64,000 nt of DNA from the NCBI GenBank assembly GCA_018696595.1, contig JABHQW010000002.1:38420-102419 (forward strand), written 5' to 3'. Origin of the DNA: Candidatus Woesearchaeota archaeon. Lineage in GTDB: Archaea > Nanobdellota > Nanobdellia > Woesearchaeales > GW2011-AR9. The notes below the pieces were generated by a model. It made no database searches and was not told where the DNA came from. It was given only the letters and a program-made list of their open reading frames with translations. How positions within the stretch are numbered: the first letter of the stretch is position 1; each line of letters opens with the position of its first letter. The translations under genes were made by a program, and so were the position numbers. Below, piece after piece: positions 28,901 to 36,198 of the stretch.

Positions 28901-30164
28901 TTGTACTGATTTAGGAACAACGATAAAAATTGATAATTTGCAATACTCTGCAATTAAAGGAACTGTTGCTACTCCTGCCACTACATCTTCGTCTAGTGGA
29001 GGAGGAGGAGGAAGTGGCGGCGGCGGGGCTGGAATTATTAAAAAAGTATTAGAACTCATTAAAGAACCTGAATGTCAGTCCGATGCTGAATGTAGTCCAG
29101 ATAAAACTTGTTATCACAATCAGTGTGTTAAGTTGTTTGACGTAAAAGTTCTTGACGTTGATTCTCCTATTGGGGAAGATGGGTTATTGGGATTTACTTA
29201 TTTCATTAAAGGTATGGCGGATATTAATAGTGATGTGATTATTAATTTTTGGCTGGAGAAAGATAATCAGACTGTTAGTTCTGGTCAAGATGTGGTTTAT
29301 TTAGGTTCATTTGAAGAAAAAACAGAACAAACAAAAATATTTATTCCTCAAAATTTAATCTCTGGCGCATATGATTTTTATGTTCAAGTTAGTTTTGAAA
29401 ACTATCAGGCATTGTCTCATCGAACAATATTCGTTGAAGAGAAAGACGGTGGTAAAATGTCCGTTGAATTAATTGAATCAGAATTAAGAAAACCAGCAAA
29501 TCTTTATTCTTTTCTCATTGGTACTTTAATTATTACATTGTTAATTCTAATAATTATTCATCGGATTATTCTTCTTCCTAAATCTAAAGCTAAGAAGGAA
29601 GTTATGAGGGTGTTTGAATTAAGAAAACAGAGAAGGAAAAAGAGAAAAGTAAGGAAACATCTAAAGAAGAATCAAGCGAAGGAGAAAAGACAAAAAGAGA
29701 AGAATAAAGTAGCAGAAAATATTGTTAAGAAAAAAGAAGATGAAGGGGTAGTGGAAATTGAATTAGAAACGAAGGCAGATGAGAAATTACGGGAAACAAA
29801 ACCGGAAATCAAACCAGAGATAAAAATAGGACTCCCTTTAAAAGATTTAATTTCAAGTAAAAATGAAGTTCAGAAATCTAATGAAAAAGATAAAATAATA
29901 ACTGATGAGGAAATAATAGAAAAAAATATTGATATATTAGAAAAGTATGGTTTTAGTGCGAACAAAACAAAATTAATGCCAGTAAAAGAAAAAGTTGCAA
30001 AACAAGAACCAGTAAAAATAACAAGAGAACAAACAACAAATAAAACAATAGACAGAACAATAGAAAACAACATTAAAGCTTTGGAAGCACATGGTTTTAA
30101 AGTTGTGGGGATAATTAAAGAAAAGAAGAAGCCTAAGAACTCTGTTACTATTTCTTCTTCTTAA
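19926..30164 (+). CDS. Giant (about 3,400 aa) membrane-anchored surface protein/adhesin
   Basis: N-terminal hydrophobic helix; PQQ-like propeller (WRMQGRDLQRT, VYAGSWDGNLYQLNA); LamG (FDFDGVND, WHHVAMT, IDEVRIW); Ig-like repeats; two Gly-rich domains; DTDNDG motif; C-terminal TM and Lys-rich tail; dense N-x-T/S sequons. Confidence 0.9.
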   Translation: MKKNIIAGIVLLFIVVVLALSISQTETAITGAVIGIHQENFTVDENVTITIPDSEKTILDFNETIIENVTEKLPLGTNETIFVNETIELPIDEPEEIPGSGEESTENEITGGITVDLPIENISDEIVELPIEEPLIINETIEGPTVNKTFETNKKVGEINTTNSLGKLNAITPLDLGSQNLVLTSGGNTQSSDAQNTAEWRMQGRDLQRTAYYPGSTPVNISTETQITKTGLSLSSAQAAVAGGFMYIGDNARLYKVNAFNVSQEIDRSGSLSTLYITGPTVWGDFVYVTNGGTYYQINTSNLSQTLATFSVGSQSWANPIIYDGLIYFASTSTDKLYKNNASNISHSIASYSMTNCDSNIAIDNNFMYIACGNVVSQLNMSNLSQTYASYNVGHVNNRGGITIGGGFAYVGEETNDKVWQLNASNVSQLIATYSAGGDVEAAVAYTSDYVYAGSWDGNLYQLNASNVSQLVASLNTGTVYYTPVVSNNHVFVTAGSGTTYQLNASNIAQIITTESTGGNFNSPTIANGIVYAHSGSTMYQYGSGAPIVTLNSPADNYINQTQIASITFNCSASSGVGLANMSLHLTNSSNQNLTSNQTTIINGTSNSTTWSVTLSNGTYSWNCLSYDINGLEGWGVQRSLTIGDSYVPTFTYTSPTPTDATAQSQTNVKINISIEEANLKELKYNWNGTNHTIYNDSLVLMFNFDNLSALNENHTYVFDVSGNNNNGTSVNEAGSFSSGKYGGAFDFDGVNDQVITPSIFGIGTTSFTISSWVNLDSISEGGAFVKIGGTSPNQGFAIGVGGTTFDDTGNDLILLYEGIRWIDTNDAIGTGWHHVAMTVDSSGYPSAFIDGNLTYSDTTGTGAAPQQDITYVGGYTGSGAENRHADVTIDEVRIWGRSLNAQEIYEQYASNLRKIDLDSWEFYVNQSKNSTAVLTDSAYTYSVYSNDVYNQAASSTQQTITIDTVIPTFVNINNVSIEHKFALGNNINATDTVALSCFTVNDTTNFKINCSGYLENNTIVDVARYDLLITINDTAGNTNQQTMFVNITPDVTLPTFTTIANQTVEYGASLGYDIEASDNNQFDCFVVNDTTRFKVNCSGYLENNTVLSINRYWLNLTINDSSNNVNYDTMWVNVSDTISPTISIVYPTNGTNTTNTLLNVNYTVSDLNTLSCWYSNDTMSVNTTLVSCANITSVVWGEGQHNITVWVNDTYNNKNSSGITFTVDLSAPTFTAIANQSFLSKNSLAYDVDATDVVGVSCFTVNDTTNFQINCSGYLQNNTALSVGTYWLNITVNDTFNFNNSALMYVEVNTTPTIGLTLVSPMGNINVTQNKSFSVSATVSCSNADCGEVNVSLDPATDRTLRTCSGVWGASCVGSDPTTGDYSYDSCAAGSYYSNGFWVDEVHVDATTVAIGDTINITCDYDCYSSSSLNDIAIMYYNGTWNKIWRQDSACTDGNYSQAVVISGAVGVQKARCSIGYNLYPNDATDDVCFDTTYSDNDDVNFTVVASGKSGLVSMNTSATPFWTSVTNPYNLTLNVGESSTITWTVNATGDTNVTHEFFVYVNQTADKTISNITAKWNVTIVNFTVSAQAPSVSIVYPVASTNYNTDVTLMNYTVTTDPAWQTLNQCWYSTDSGVTNSSKVAGGINFTGLTSVADSNTWTVYCDDNNSLVGTGSVTFQRIPVINLTLVYPTQNINVSQNEFFNVTTIVSCSNVNCGEINVTLDPEVGTYYNFTTCGASGVNGPTQANCTANYTGTTLAGLVTINTTGYQEFLVPTTGTYLIGAYGASGGTQPQNTPVSEGAFISGNVSLTAGTKLIIVVGQVGASSAISDNEAGAGGGTFVTSGNNYTISSPLIVAGGGSGAGSDSNGGNAYILTDGIGSGCTLGGACTNQNDGAGFYFNNSVAAGAKSFRNGATGGTTLSGSPSFGNGGFGGGGGGTNEDGSGGGGFTGGIGADSVVATRGGASFINTTLVNLSSNTTTGYSGDGKVFIQFLAGGSKSGIISTNISATPFYTNVTNPYNLSLNAGDSETITWWVNATGDIDVTHEFFIYANKTSDLSIGTTTTKWNVTIKDTTSPTVNIIYPAATTYAVVITDLNYTYSDVNDGTSCWYSTDSGATNSSVNNVGINFTGLSSPGGENIWIVYCNDSSGNIGSDTVNFTSSVPVIALSSVSPNQNINVTQNETFTVSVTVSCTNNDCGEVNVSLDPVANTQYNFTTCGTSGKDGPNQSQCDTNYTGTNLNGLVTVNGGIQNWTVPSTGTYTIETYGASGGDGSLSEPGYGARMKGDFELTAGTVLSIIVGQKGSVGSGEAGGGGGGTYVWDSVLNDPLIIAGGGGGTGDQSQAGGNDDGKNASNETSGTADGSGGGAGGTNGTGGSSAGSGGAGAGWLTDGADGAASTGGHTPSNGGMGGDKVTDGGFGGGGADGDASTGSDSEGGGGGGGYSGGGASGSSSDAGGGGGGSLNNGTNQNNTIRADLGDGLVTITSLTATKSGLVSMVVDTTPFWTSTTNPYNVSLNEGESSSISWTVNATGDLNTTHDFFIYANMTSDQSINDATAHWNVTISNTTTQLAPTITIIYPTTNSFTSNTEFGINYTATSTTLDSCWYGYNGANTSLASCANISALTWSESAHTVTIYANDTTGNVGSSSVTFTIDTITPLISIAYPSNNTNSTNNALNVNYTYTETNLGSCWYSNDTMTSNTTLASCANISITWTDGQHNVTVWVNDSAANLNKSSVAFTIDTTVPNVTLETPAANYIDNSVGNVNLVFNCSVIDLINLANVSLYITNNLNTSFVLNQTTSLSGVTGSANWTLPLVNGNYTWNCFVEDFVGNSNWSINKTILINSTPDTDNDGIEDTTDPLLYNETNVTQSGITRLNITVGGNRTNETYTGKQEILFYDQNTLMINFSHNFSSKNLDLSNVTIIKDTNSIIVNLSGQLQGNKTLYITDNSFVTLCVKDAEVSSISEVSSGCDGDNETDFTSCLGGSLSASGINCTDLGTTIKIDNLQYSAIKGTVATPATTSSSSGGGGGSGGGGAGIIKKVLELIKEPECQSDAECSPDKTCYHNQCVKLFDVKVLDVDSPIGEDGLLGFTYFIKGMADINSDVIINFWLEKDNQTVSSGQDVVYLGSFEEKTEQTKIFIPQNLISGAYDFYVQVSFENYQALSHRTIFVEEKDGGKMSVELIESELRKPANLYSFLIGTLIITLLILIIIHRIILLPKSKAKKEVMRVFELRKQRRKKRKVRKHLKKNQAKEKRQKEKNKVAENIVKKKEDEGVVEIELETKADEKLRETKPEIKPEIKIGLPLKDLISSKNEVQKSNEKDKIITDEEIIEKNIDILEKYGFSANKTKLMPVKEKVAKQEPVKITREQTTNKTIDRTIENNIKALEAHGFKVVGIIKEKKKPKNSVTISSS

Positions 30165-30175
30165 TTGCTTTTTAA

Positions 30176-31180
30176 TTAAATTACTTTCTCTAATAACTCT
30201 TTAACACATTCACTGACAGAATTACAATTTACTTCAAAAGAATAATCTAATTTACTTAAAGAATGATCATAAAGGGGATCGTAATAATATACTAATAAAA
30301 TCTTTGCAGCTTTCTCAAACTCGCCAGCGTCAATAAAATCTAACATCTCTTGCTTCTTAGCTTTAGAAATAACTTTCCACAATCTAGAAGAGATCTCTTT
30401 AATATCTTTAACAATTTCTGCATCTAAAAAATATTCTTTAACCATCTCTTTTACACGAATATCAAGATCTCGAACAACTTCAATATTTTCACCATTACAC
30501 ATTGCTTTCCAAAGAAATTCTGGCAACATTAAATTACCAATTCGTCTAGATTCACCTTCAATAAATATAAACTTTTCAGAATTCAACTCTTTCAATCTTT
30601 TCAATAATAAATTATCAAACATTTTTTGGGAACGAGGTTTCAAACCAATGGCGCCATATAAACTTCCTCGGTGGCATGCCAGACCTTCTAAGTCAACAGA
30701 GTTCGGTAATTTCTGTAAGAGGGCAGTTTTACCGGTACAAGTTAAGCCATGCAGAACATACAATTTTGGTTTTAATTTAAATTCTTGTAATTCTTTCAAT
30801 AATGAAGCACGATATGCTTTATATCCATCTTTCAACTGAAACGCTTTAAACCCTAACGATTCAAATAAAGTTGTCATAATTTTTGATCGAAGACCGCCAC
30901 GCCAACAATAAACTACTAAAGTTTTCCCTTCAAAAGGTTTAACTTTTTTTGTTATGGAGGGAATTTTATCTTCATAATATTTCATTCCTGTTTCTATGGC
31001 TTTATCTTGACAAACTTGTTTATACATTGTTCCCACAATTTCTCTTTCTTCATCAGTTAAGATTGGGACATTAATTGCTTCTAGAATATGATCTTTTTCG
31101 AATTCAATTGGCGCTCTAACATCTATAAAAACTGAATCTTTTAAGTCCATTGCTTTGTTAACAGATATCTTTTCTGGCAT
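30176..31180 (-). CDS. selU: tRNA 2-selenouridine synthase (rhodanese plus P-loop)
   Basis: IDVRAPIEF..DHI..AINVP, YCWRGGLRS, GGY-like DGYKAYR, GLTCTGKT, DLEGLACHRGS, EGESRRIG. Confidence 0.92.
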   Translation of the reverse strand: MPEKISVNKAMDLKDSVFIDVRAPIEFEKDHILEAINVPILTDEEREIVGTMYKQVCQDKAIETGMKYYEDKIPSITKKVKPFEGKTLVVYCWRGGLRSKIMTTLFESLGFKAFQLKDGYKAYRASLLKELQEFKLKPKLYVLHGLTCTGKTALLQKLPNSVDLEGLACHRGSLYGAIGLKPRSQKMFDNLLLKRLKELNSEKFIFIEGESRRIGNLMLPEFLWKAMCNGENIEVVRDLDIRVKEMVKEYFLDAEIVKDIKEISSRLWKVISKAKKQEMLDFIDAGEFEKAAKILLVYYYDPLYDHSLSKLDYSFEVNCNSVSECVKELLEKVI

Positions 31181-31212
31181 CTTTATTCTCGGAACGATAA
31201 ATCTTTATAAAC

Positions 31213-31851
31213 TTGTTCTTCGGATTGTTTTTTATGGTGGTTTATTCTGTGCTTGGTGCTGGAAGAAGGTGGACTGATAAATTAGCGGATGAGTTAATAG
31301 GCCATGATGGTGGTTGGTCTAGATTTATTACCAGATTTAGTCAGTTAGAAGAGTTTATTGAATCTTATTCTGATAGTTCTCCAGAAGATTGTGGTTCATT
31401 AGTTAATTGTTATTTGGCTTTAACTAATCTTCCTAGACAATTAGACTTATATCGTAAATCTGTTGACCTTCATATTAGAAAAGCTGCCAGGGAAGGTAGA
31501 ATTGAACCTAAATCTGAAGCGATGAAACAAGGTAAGAAGATTATAAAAGATTTGGAAAAAATTACTGAAGGAATTGAAGATTGTTTTAATGGTGGAACAA
31601 CTTACAAAGGTTTGAATGAAAGGGTAGATTCATTAAGAGAAAATTCTTCTTCTGAGAACATCCAAAGACAACTTTATTCTGGATTAAGAAAGAGTAAACA
31701 AGGGGTCGCTTTATTGCAACAACTAAACGTTTATCTACAACAGATTTCAGATTATGAGGTTGAGATTGTCCACAAAGTTTTCAGAGATGAAGAAAAACCT
31801 GCAATCCATACTGTCAGACGCAAATTGGTTGCTGAAGTTTCTAAAGAATAA
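31213..31851 (+). CDS. Hypothetical protein with N-terminal hydrophobic segment
   Basis: 212-aa helical ORF; start codon uncertain. Confidence 0.55.
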   Translation: MFFGLFFMVVYSVLGAGRRWTDKLADELIGHDGGWSRFITRFSQLEEFIESYSDSSPEDCGSLVNCYLALTNLPRQLDLYRKSVDLHIRKAAREGRIEPKSEAMKQGKKIIKDLEKITEGIEDCFNGGTTYKGLNERVDSLRENSSSENIQRQLYSGLRKSKQGVALLQQLNVYLQQISDYEVEIVHKVFRDEEKPAIHTVRRKLVAEVSKE

Positions 31852-31893
31852 AATCGCGTTAGTTTTTTAAATCTTGGAAGATTACTCGATTTT

Positions 31894-32394
31894 ATGGATT
31901 ACTTTGCACATGGATTATGGAGTTATATTCTTTTCAATAAAACAAAAAAACCGCTTTATGCTATTTTGTTTGGGATACTTCCAGATACTTTCTCTTGGTT
32001 GATTTATATGTTTTTCAGAATATTTACTGGTTCTTTAGCTTTTGGTAAGCCTAATTTAAATACCATTCCTGCTTGGATGGATACACTTTACGGATTGAGT
32101 CATAGTTTGGTTATTTTTTCGTTAGTGGCAGTTATAGTTTATTTAGTTTACAAAAAGATTCCAATTTACATGTGGGCTTGGCCGATACATATTTTGATAG
32201 ATATTCCTACACATAGTAGGGATTTTTTACCTACCCCTTTTTTATGGCCAATATCTAATTGGGCTTTTCCAGGAATTAGTTGGGGGACAAGTTGGTTGTT
32301 TATCTCTTATTGGAGTCTGATTATTGTTTCGTTAATTTATATTCTAGGAAAAAAGAAAAACTGGTTCAAGAAATCAATTGTTAGAAAGTCTTGA
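31894..32394 (+). CDS. Membrane-bound metal-dependent hydrolase (YdjM/DUF457-like)
   Basis: MDYFAHG, GILPD, SHSL, HILIDIPTH, PFLWP. Confidence 0.8.
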   Translation: MDYFAHGLWSYILFNKTKKPLYAILFGILPDTFSWLIYMFFRIFTGSLAFGKPNLNTIPAWMDTLYGLSHSLVIFSLVAVIVYLVYKKIPIYMWAWPIHILIDIPTHSRDFLPTPFLWPISNWAFPGISWGTSWLFISYWSLIIVSLIYILGKKKNWFKKSIVRKS

Positions 32395-32408
32395 TGATTG
32401 AAAAAATG

Positions 32409-32540
32409 CGCCCCGACCGGGACTCTCAAATCCTGGAGATTTGTGGTCTCCAAATGGATATTTGAACCCGGGTCGCTGCCTATCTTCCTTTTCGGAAAGC
32501 CGAAAGGGCAGAATGATAGTCCGGACTACACCATCGGGGC
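32409..32540 (-). tRNA. tRNA-Glu(UUC) with two introns (37/38: 32482-32500; 59/60: 32423-32460)
   Basis: Acceptor GCCCCGA/TCGGGGC, anticodon arm CTGCC-CT-TTC-GA-GGCAG and T arm CCGGG-TTCAAAT-CCCGG after removing BHB-flanked introns. Confidence 0.93.
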
Positions 32541-32593
32541 GTAGAACTGAAAATATATGTTGGCTTTAAAAATGTTTTGGAAATATTCGCTGA

Positions 32594-32709
32594 TCCAGAA
32601 AGGAATAAAATTGTATACTAGGGCACGGTGCCTATTACAAGTTGTCTGCGACACCTCGTGCACCTCGGCAAGCCAGGGCGCCAGTATACAAAAATCATCC
32701 CTTTCTGGA
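32594..32709. ncRNA. Unassigned structured intergenic element with TTGTATACT/AGTATACAA stem
   Basis: Outer 10-bp stem TCCAGAAAGG/CCTTTCTGGA, inner 9-bp stem identical to that of the 6426 element, GC-rich interior with possible pseudoknot. Confidence 0.5.
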
Positions 32710-32760
32710 AATACTTACTATACCAAAAAACTTATATAACAAAAAAGGAATATTGGGCTT

Positions 32761-33120
32761 ATGGCTGAGAAACGAGCAGTATTAGGATTAATTGAGAAAA
32801 TAGTAGTCTTTGGCCCAGATAATAATGAAGAAAAAGTTATCGCTAGAATTGATTCTGGAGCTACTGCATCTTCAATCGACTTCAAATTATCTGCAAAACT
32901 GGGTCTAGGGCCAATTACAAGAACAAAAATCGTTAAATCTGCTTCTGGTGTTAAAAGAAGACCAATTATCATTGTTAAAGTTAGAGTTGGAAAGAAGGAA
33001 ATTGAAGCCGAATTTACTTTAGCAGATCGGGCACATATGACTTATCCTGTTTTAATTGGTCAAAATATTCTTCAGGAAGGGAATTTCTTAATTGACCCGA
33101 ATAAAGGTGGTAAAAAATGA
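32761..33120 (+). CDS. RimK-associated retropepsin-like protease (RimB / ATP-dependent Zn-protease family)
   Basis: ARIDSGATASSID, EFTLADRAHMTYPVLIGQNIL; overlaps the rimK start. Confidence 0.88.
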   Translation: MAEKRAVLGLIEKIVVFGPDNNEEKVIARIDSGATASSIDFKLSAKLGLGPITRTKIVKSASGVKRRPIIIVKVRVGKKEIEAEFTLADRAHMTYPVLIGQNILQEGNFLIDPNKGGKK

Positions 33121-34208
33121 AAGCTGCTGTAATCTCTTTAGGTAGTACAAGTTCTCAAATGGTGGCTGAATCCATGAAAAAATATTTCAAAAAAGTTGAC
33201 ATGATCCAATTAAAAGAAATTGAAGTTAGCATGGGGAAAGACGGCGGAATTCTTTATCAAGGCGAGCCTATGAAGAATTACGATTGTATTTATGTTAAAG
33301 GTAGTTTTCGTTACGCTAACTTATTGGCATCAATTGCTAACTTACTTGAAGGAAAAGTCCCTTACATGCCTATTGCAGGAAGTGCATTCACTATTGTTCA
33401 TAATAAATTATTAACTCATCTGGCTTTACAACAACATAATATTCCTATGCCTAAAACTTATGTTTCTTCTACAGTTGAAGCTGCTAAGGAATTACTTGAC
33501 AAAGTTAATTATCCAATTGTGATGAAGTTTCCTGAAGGAACACAAGGCAAGGGTGTGATGTTTGCAGATTCTAAAAGTTCTGCCGCTTCTTTGTTAGATG
33601 CATTAGTGGCTTTAAACCAACCGTTCATTATTCAAGAATATATTGAAACTGGTGGTTGTGATGTAAGGGCTTTAGTTGTTGGTGGCAAAGTAGTGGCCGC
33701 AATGAAACGTAAAGCACAGAAGGAAGAGAAACGTTCAAACATTCATGCTGGTGGCACTGGTGAATCTGTTGAATTAACACGGGAATTAATTAATATTGCA
33801 TTGGATACAGCTAAAGCATTGAAAGTAGACGTTTGTGGTGTAGATATTTTAGAGAGTCCTCTTGGTCCATTAGTTATTGAAGCGAACATTTCTCCAGGAT
33901 TGCAAGGGTTAAGTAAAGCTGTTGATGTAGATGTTCCTAACGAAATTGCTAAACATTTATTTTTAGAAACTGAAGCAATAGTGAAAAAGAAAAAACGTGT
34001 TGAAGAAAAGAGAGCAATGGAAGAAATGAAGTTGGATGATTTGAGTGAAAGGATGCCACAGCAAGAAATTATTACTAATTTACAATTTCGTGGAGAAAGG
34101 ATTTTACTTCCAGAAGTTGTTACTAAATTATGTAAGTTCAATGACCGTAAAGAGTATACTTTGAAAGTTAAGAAAGGTAAGTTAGAGTTGGAAGAGTTCA
34201 AGATTTAG
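33117..34208 (+). CDS. rimK: RimK-family ATP-grasp amino-acid ligase with C-terminal AbrB-like extension
   Basis: NKLLT..L..H.IPMPKT, YPIVMKFPEGTQGKGV, IIQEYI, DVRALVVGG, RSNIHAGG, GVDILE, IEANISPG. Confidence 0.92.
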   Translation: MKAAVISLGSTSSQMVAESMKKYFKKVDMIQLKEIEVSMGKDGGILYQGEPMKNYDCIYVKGSFRYANLLASIANLLEGKVPYMPIAGSAFTIVHNKLLTHLALQQHNIPMPKTYVSSTVEAAKELLDKVNYPIVMKFPEGTQGKGVMFADSKSSAASLLDALVALNQPFIIQEYIETGGCDVRALVVGGKVVAAMKRKAQKEEKRSNIHAGGTGESVELTRELINIALDTAKALKVDVCGVDILESPLGPLVIEANISPGLQGLSKAVDVDVPNEIAKHLFLETEAIVKKKKRVEEKRAMEEMKLDDLSERMPQQEIITNLQFRGERILLPEVVTKLCKFNDRKEYTLKVKKGKLELEEFKI

Positions 34209-34274
34209 GAAGTTCATCACATACTTTTATAAATAAAAAAATAATTCTTTATACATAAAAGAGGTAGATATATA

Positions 34275-36155
34275 TTGGCTCAACTGAAAAAAGTATTAAG
34301 TTATCCTGCGATTCTTCTAATTACAATTAACTCGATTATGGGTACGGGTATTTTCTTTTTGCCAGCAGTTGGTGCAGGAGCAGCAGGACCAGCTTCACTT
34401 TTATCCTGGATAATCCTTTCTATAATCTCGATCTATATCGCCATGTGTTTTGGAGAACTTGCTTCTATGTTTCCAAAGTCTGGAGGGATTTATGAATATT
34501 GTAAACAGGCTTACGGAAGATTCTTTTCATTCATTATTGGTTGGATGACTGTTGTTGCTGGAAACGTTACGATTGCCATGCTGGTGGTTGGGGCCGTACA
34601 ATATTTGCTTCCATTAGGGGCCATTTGGATGAAAATAGCCATTTCATTATTATTCATTTTTGCTTTCAATTACATCGCTTTCAAAGGGATGAAAACTAGT
34701 GCAGTAATGTTAGTAGTTTTTGCTTTCATTACTTTAGCAGCAATTCTAGGTTTAACAATTCCAGGATTATTCAAATTTAATGTTGGAAACTTTAAACCAT
34801 TCTTTATTTTCCCAGCATCTTCGTTAGTGCTAGCGATATTTCTAATAGCAGAAACTTTTTTTGGTTGGGAGACTGCTACGTTCTTAGCAGAAGAAACTAA
34901 AGATGGCCAGAGAGTTATGCCTAAAGCATTAATTTGGGGAACAGTAATTATTGCCATAATTTGTATTCTATTTGTAGTTACTTCTTTAGGGGTTATGCCT
35001 TGGAACATTTTTGGAAGTTCCGCTACCCCATTAACAGATTTAGGAATTTTACATTATGGTGGATTGGGTGGAGATATTTTCACGATTCTTGTTTACTTAG
35101 CAATTATTGGTTCTGTGGCAGGGTGGGTTGTTTCTGCCCCAAGATTATTATTAGCAATGGCGAAAGATAAATTGTTCTTAGACCATTTTGCTAAAATTCA
35201 TAAAAAGAATTTAACACCTCATCGAGCTATTCTTTTTCAAACTATTCTGACAACAATTCTGGTTATTGTTGGTGCGGGTTCTTATACTACAATGTTACAT
35301 TTACTAGTGCCCATAGTTTTGGTGGCATATTCATTTGTTCTGGTTAGTGTAGTTGTGTTAAGATATAAAAAACCAGACCAGAAAAGATTTTATACTGCTC
35401 CTTTTGGTAAAGTTGGTCCAATAATTATTGCGTTATTTATGTTATTTTTAATTTATATGTGGATGACTCATACTCCTGGTGCATTAGATATTGTTAAAGT
35501 GGCTCTGTCACTAATTTTCTTGGGTGTTCCTTTATATTTCCTTGTAGAGATGTATCATGATGCTAAAGCCATTTATGGAGTTAACGAAAAGTTATCTTAC
35601 ATCTTGGTTTTGTTTGAAAACATTTTCTTTCCAATCTCAATAAAGAAAAGAATTCTTTTGATGCTTGGTGATGTAAAGAATAAAAACATCTTGGAATTTG
35701 GTTGTTCGGTTGGAACTTTAACTAGAAAACTTTCTCAGAAAGTTTTACCTAAAGGAAGAGTTTATGCTTTTGATTTTATTGAGCATAATGTTAGGGTTGC
35801 TTTATCTCATATGAAGAGACACGGACATGTTAACTTTTACCACCATAAACATTTAGATCATTTTAAAACAACTATCAAATTGCCGAAGATGGATGCTTTA
35901 GTTTCTACTGGTTCTTTGTCTTATATGCAAAAGCCACAAAATGTTTTGAACCATTTAGGTAAGCATGTCAAGAAAGGTGGCCGAGTTGTATTCTTAGATT
36001 ACGATCAGTTCTTTTTCTTTATTCCTAATGTGCCCTGGATTAGTGATGAGAAAAAACTTAAAAAGATGTTTAAGATTGCTAGTTTTGAAGTTGAAGTTAT
36101 TAAGAAACGCGGATTGTTATGGAGACATATCTTTATTCATGGTAAGAAAGTTTAA
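34275..36155 (+). CDS. APC-family amino-acid permease fused to a C-terminal class I SAM-methyltransferase-like domain
   Basis: INSIMGTGIF, ELASMFPKSGGIY, FFGWETATFLAEE, PRLLLAMAKD; then ILEFGCSVG, VYAFD, MDALVS, VKKGG. Confidence 0.9.
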   Translation: MAQLKKVLSYPAILLITINSIMGTGIFFLPAVGAGAAGPASLLSWIILSIISIYIAMCFGELASMFPKSGGIYEYCKQAYGRFFSFIIGWMTVVAGNVTIAMLVVGAVQYLLPLGAIWMKIAISLLFIFAFNYIAFKGMKTSAVMLVVFAFITLAAILGLTIPGLFKFNVGNFKPFFIFPASSLVLAIFLIAETFFGWETATFLAEETKDGQRVMPKALIWGTVIIAIICILFVVTSLGVMPWNIFGSSATPLTDLGILHYGGLGGDIFTILVYLAIIGSVAGWVVSAPRLLLAMAKDKLFLDHFAKIHKKNLTPHRAILFQTILTTILVIVGAGSYTTMLHLLVPIVLVAYSFVLVSVVVLRYKKPDQKRFYTAPFGKVGPIIIALFMLFLIYMWMTHTPGALDIVKVALSLIFLGVPLYFLVEMYHDAKAIYGVNEKLSYILVLFENIFFPISIKKRILLMLGDVKNKNILEFGCSVGTLTRKLSQKVLPKGRVYAFDFIEHNVRVALSHMKRHGHVNFYHHKHLDHFKTTIKLPKMDALVSTGSLSYMQKPQNVLNHLGKHVKKGGRVVFLDYDQFFFFIPNVPWISDEKKLKKMFKIASFEVEVIKKRGLLWRHIFIHGKKV

Positions 36156-36198
36156 ATACTATTAAACAATAATTATTATTACAAAAAGAGGTAATAAA

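Noticed and set aside
30176-31180. Selenoprotein (UGA read-through) or SECIS near selU
   Set aside because: No in-frame TGA interrupting a recognisable redox gene and no convincing archaeal SECIS hairpin in the window
32624-32684. tRNA-like gene or split-tRNA half (GGTGCCT...GGGCGCCA)
   Set aside because: An acceptor-like stem exists but there is no TTC T-loop, D arm or anticodon arm
33743-34201. 152-aa - strand ORF; likewise 7290-7766, 13201-13509, 28646-29059 and 61855-62307
   Set aside because: Entirely antisense to well-supported genes, with no motifs of their own
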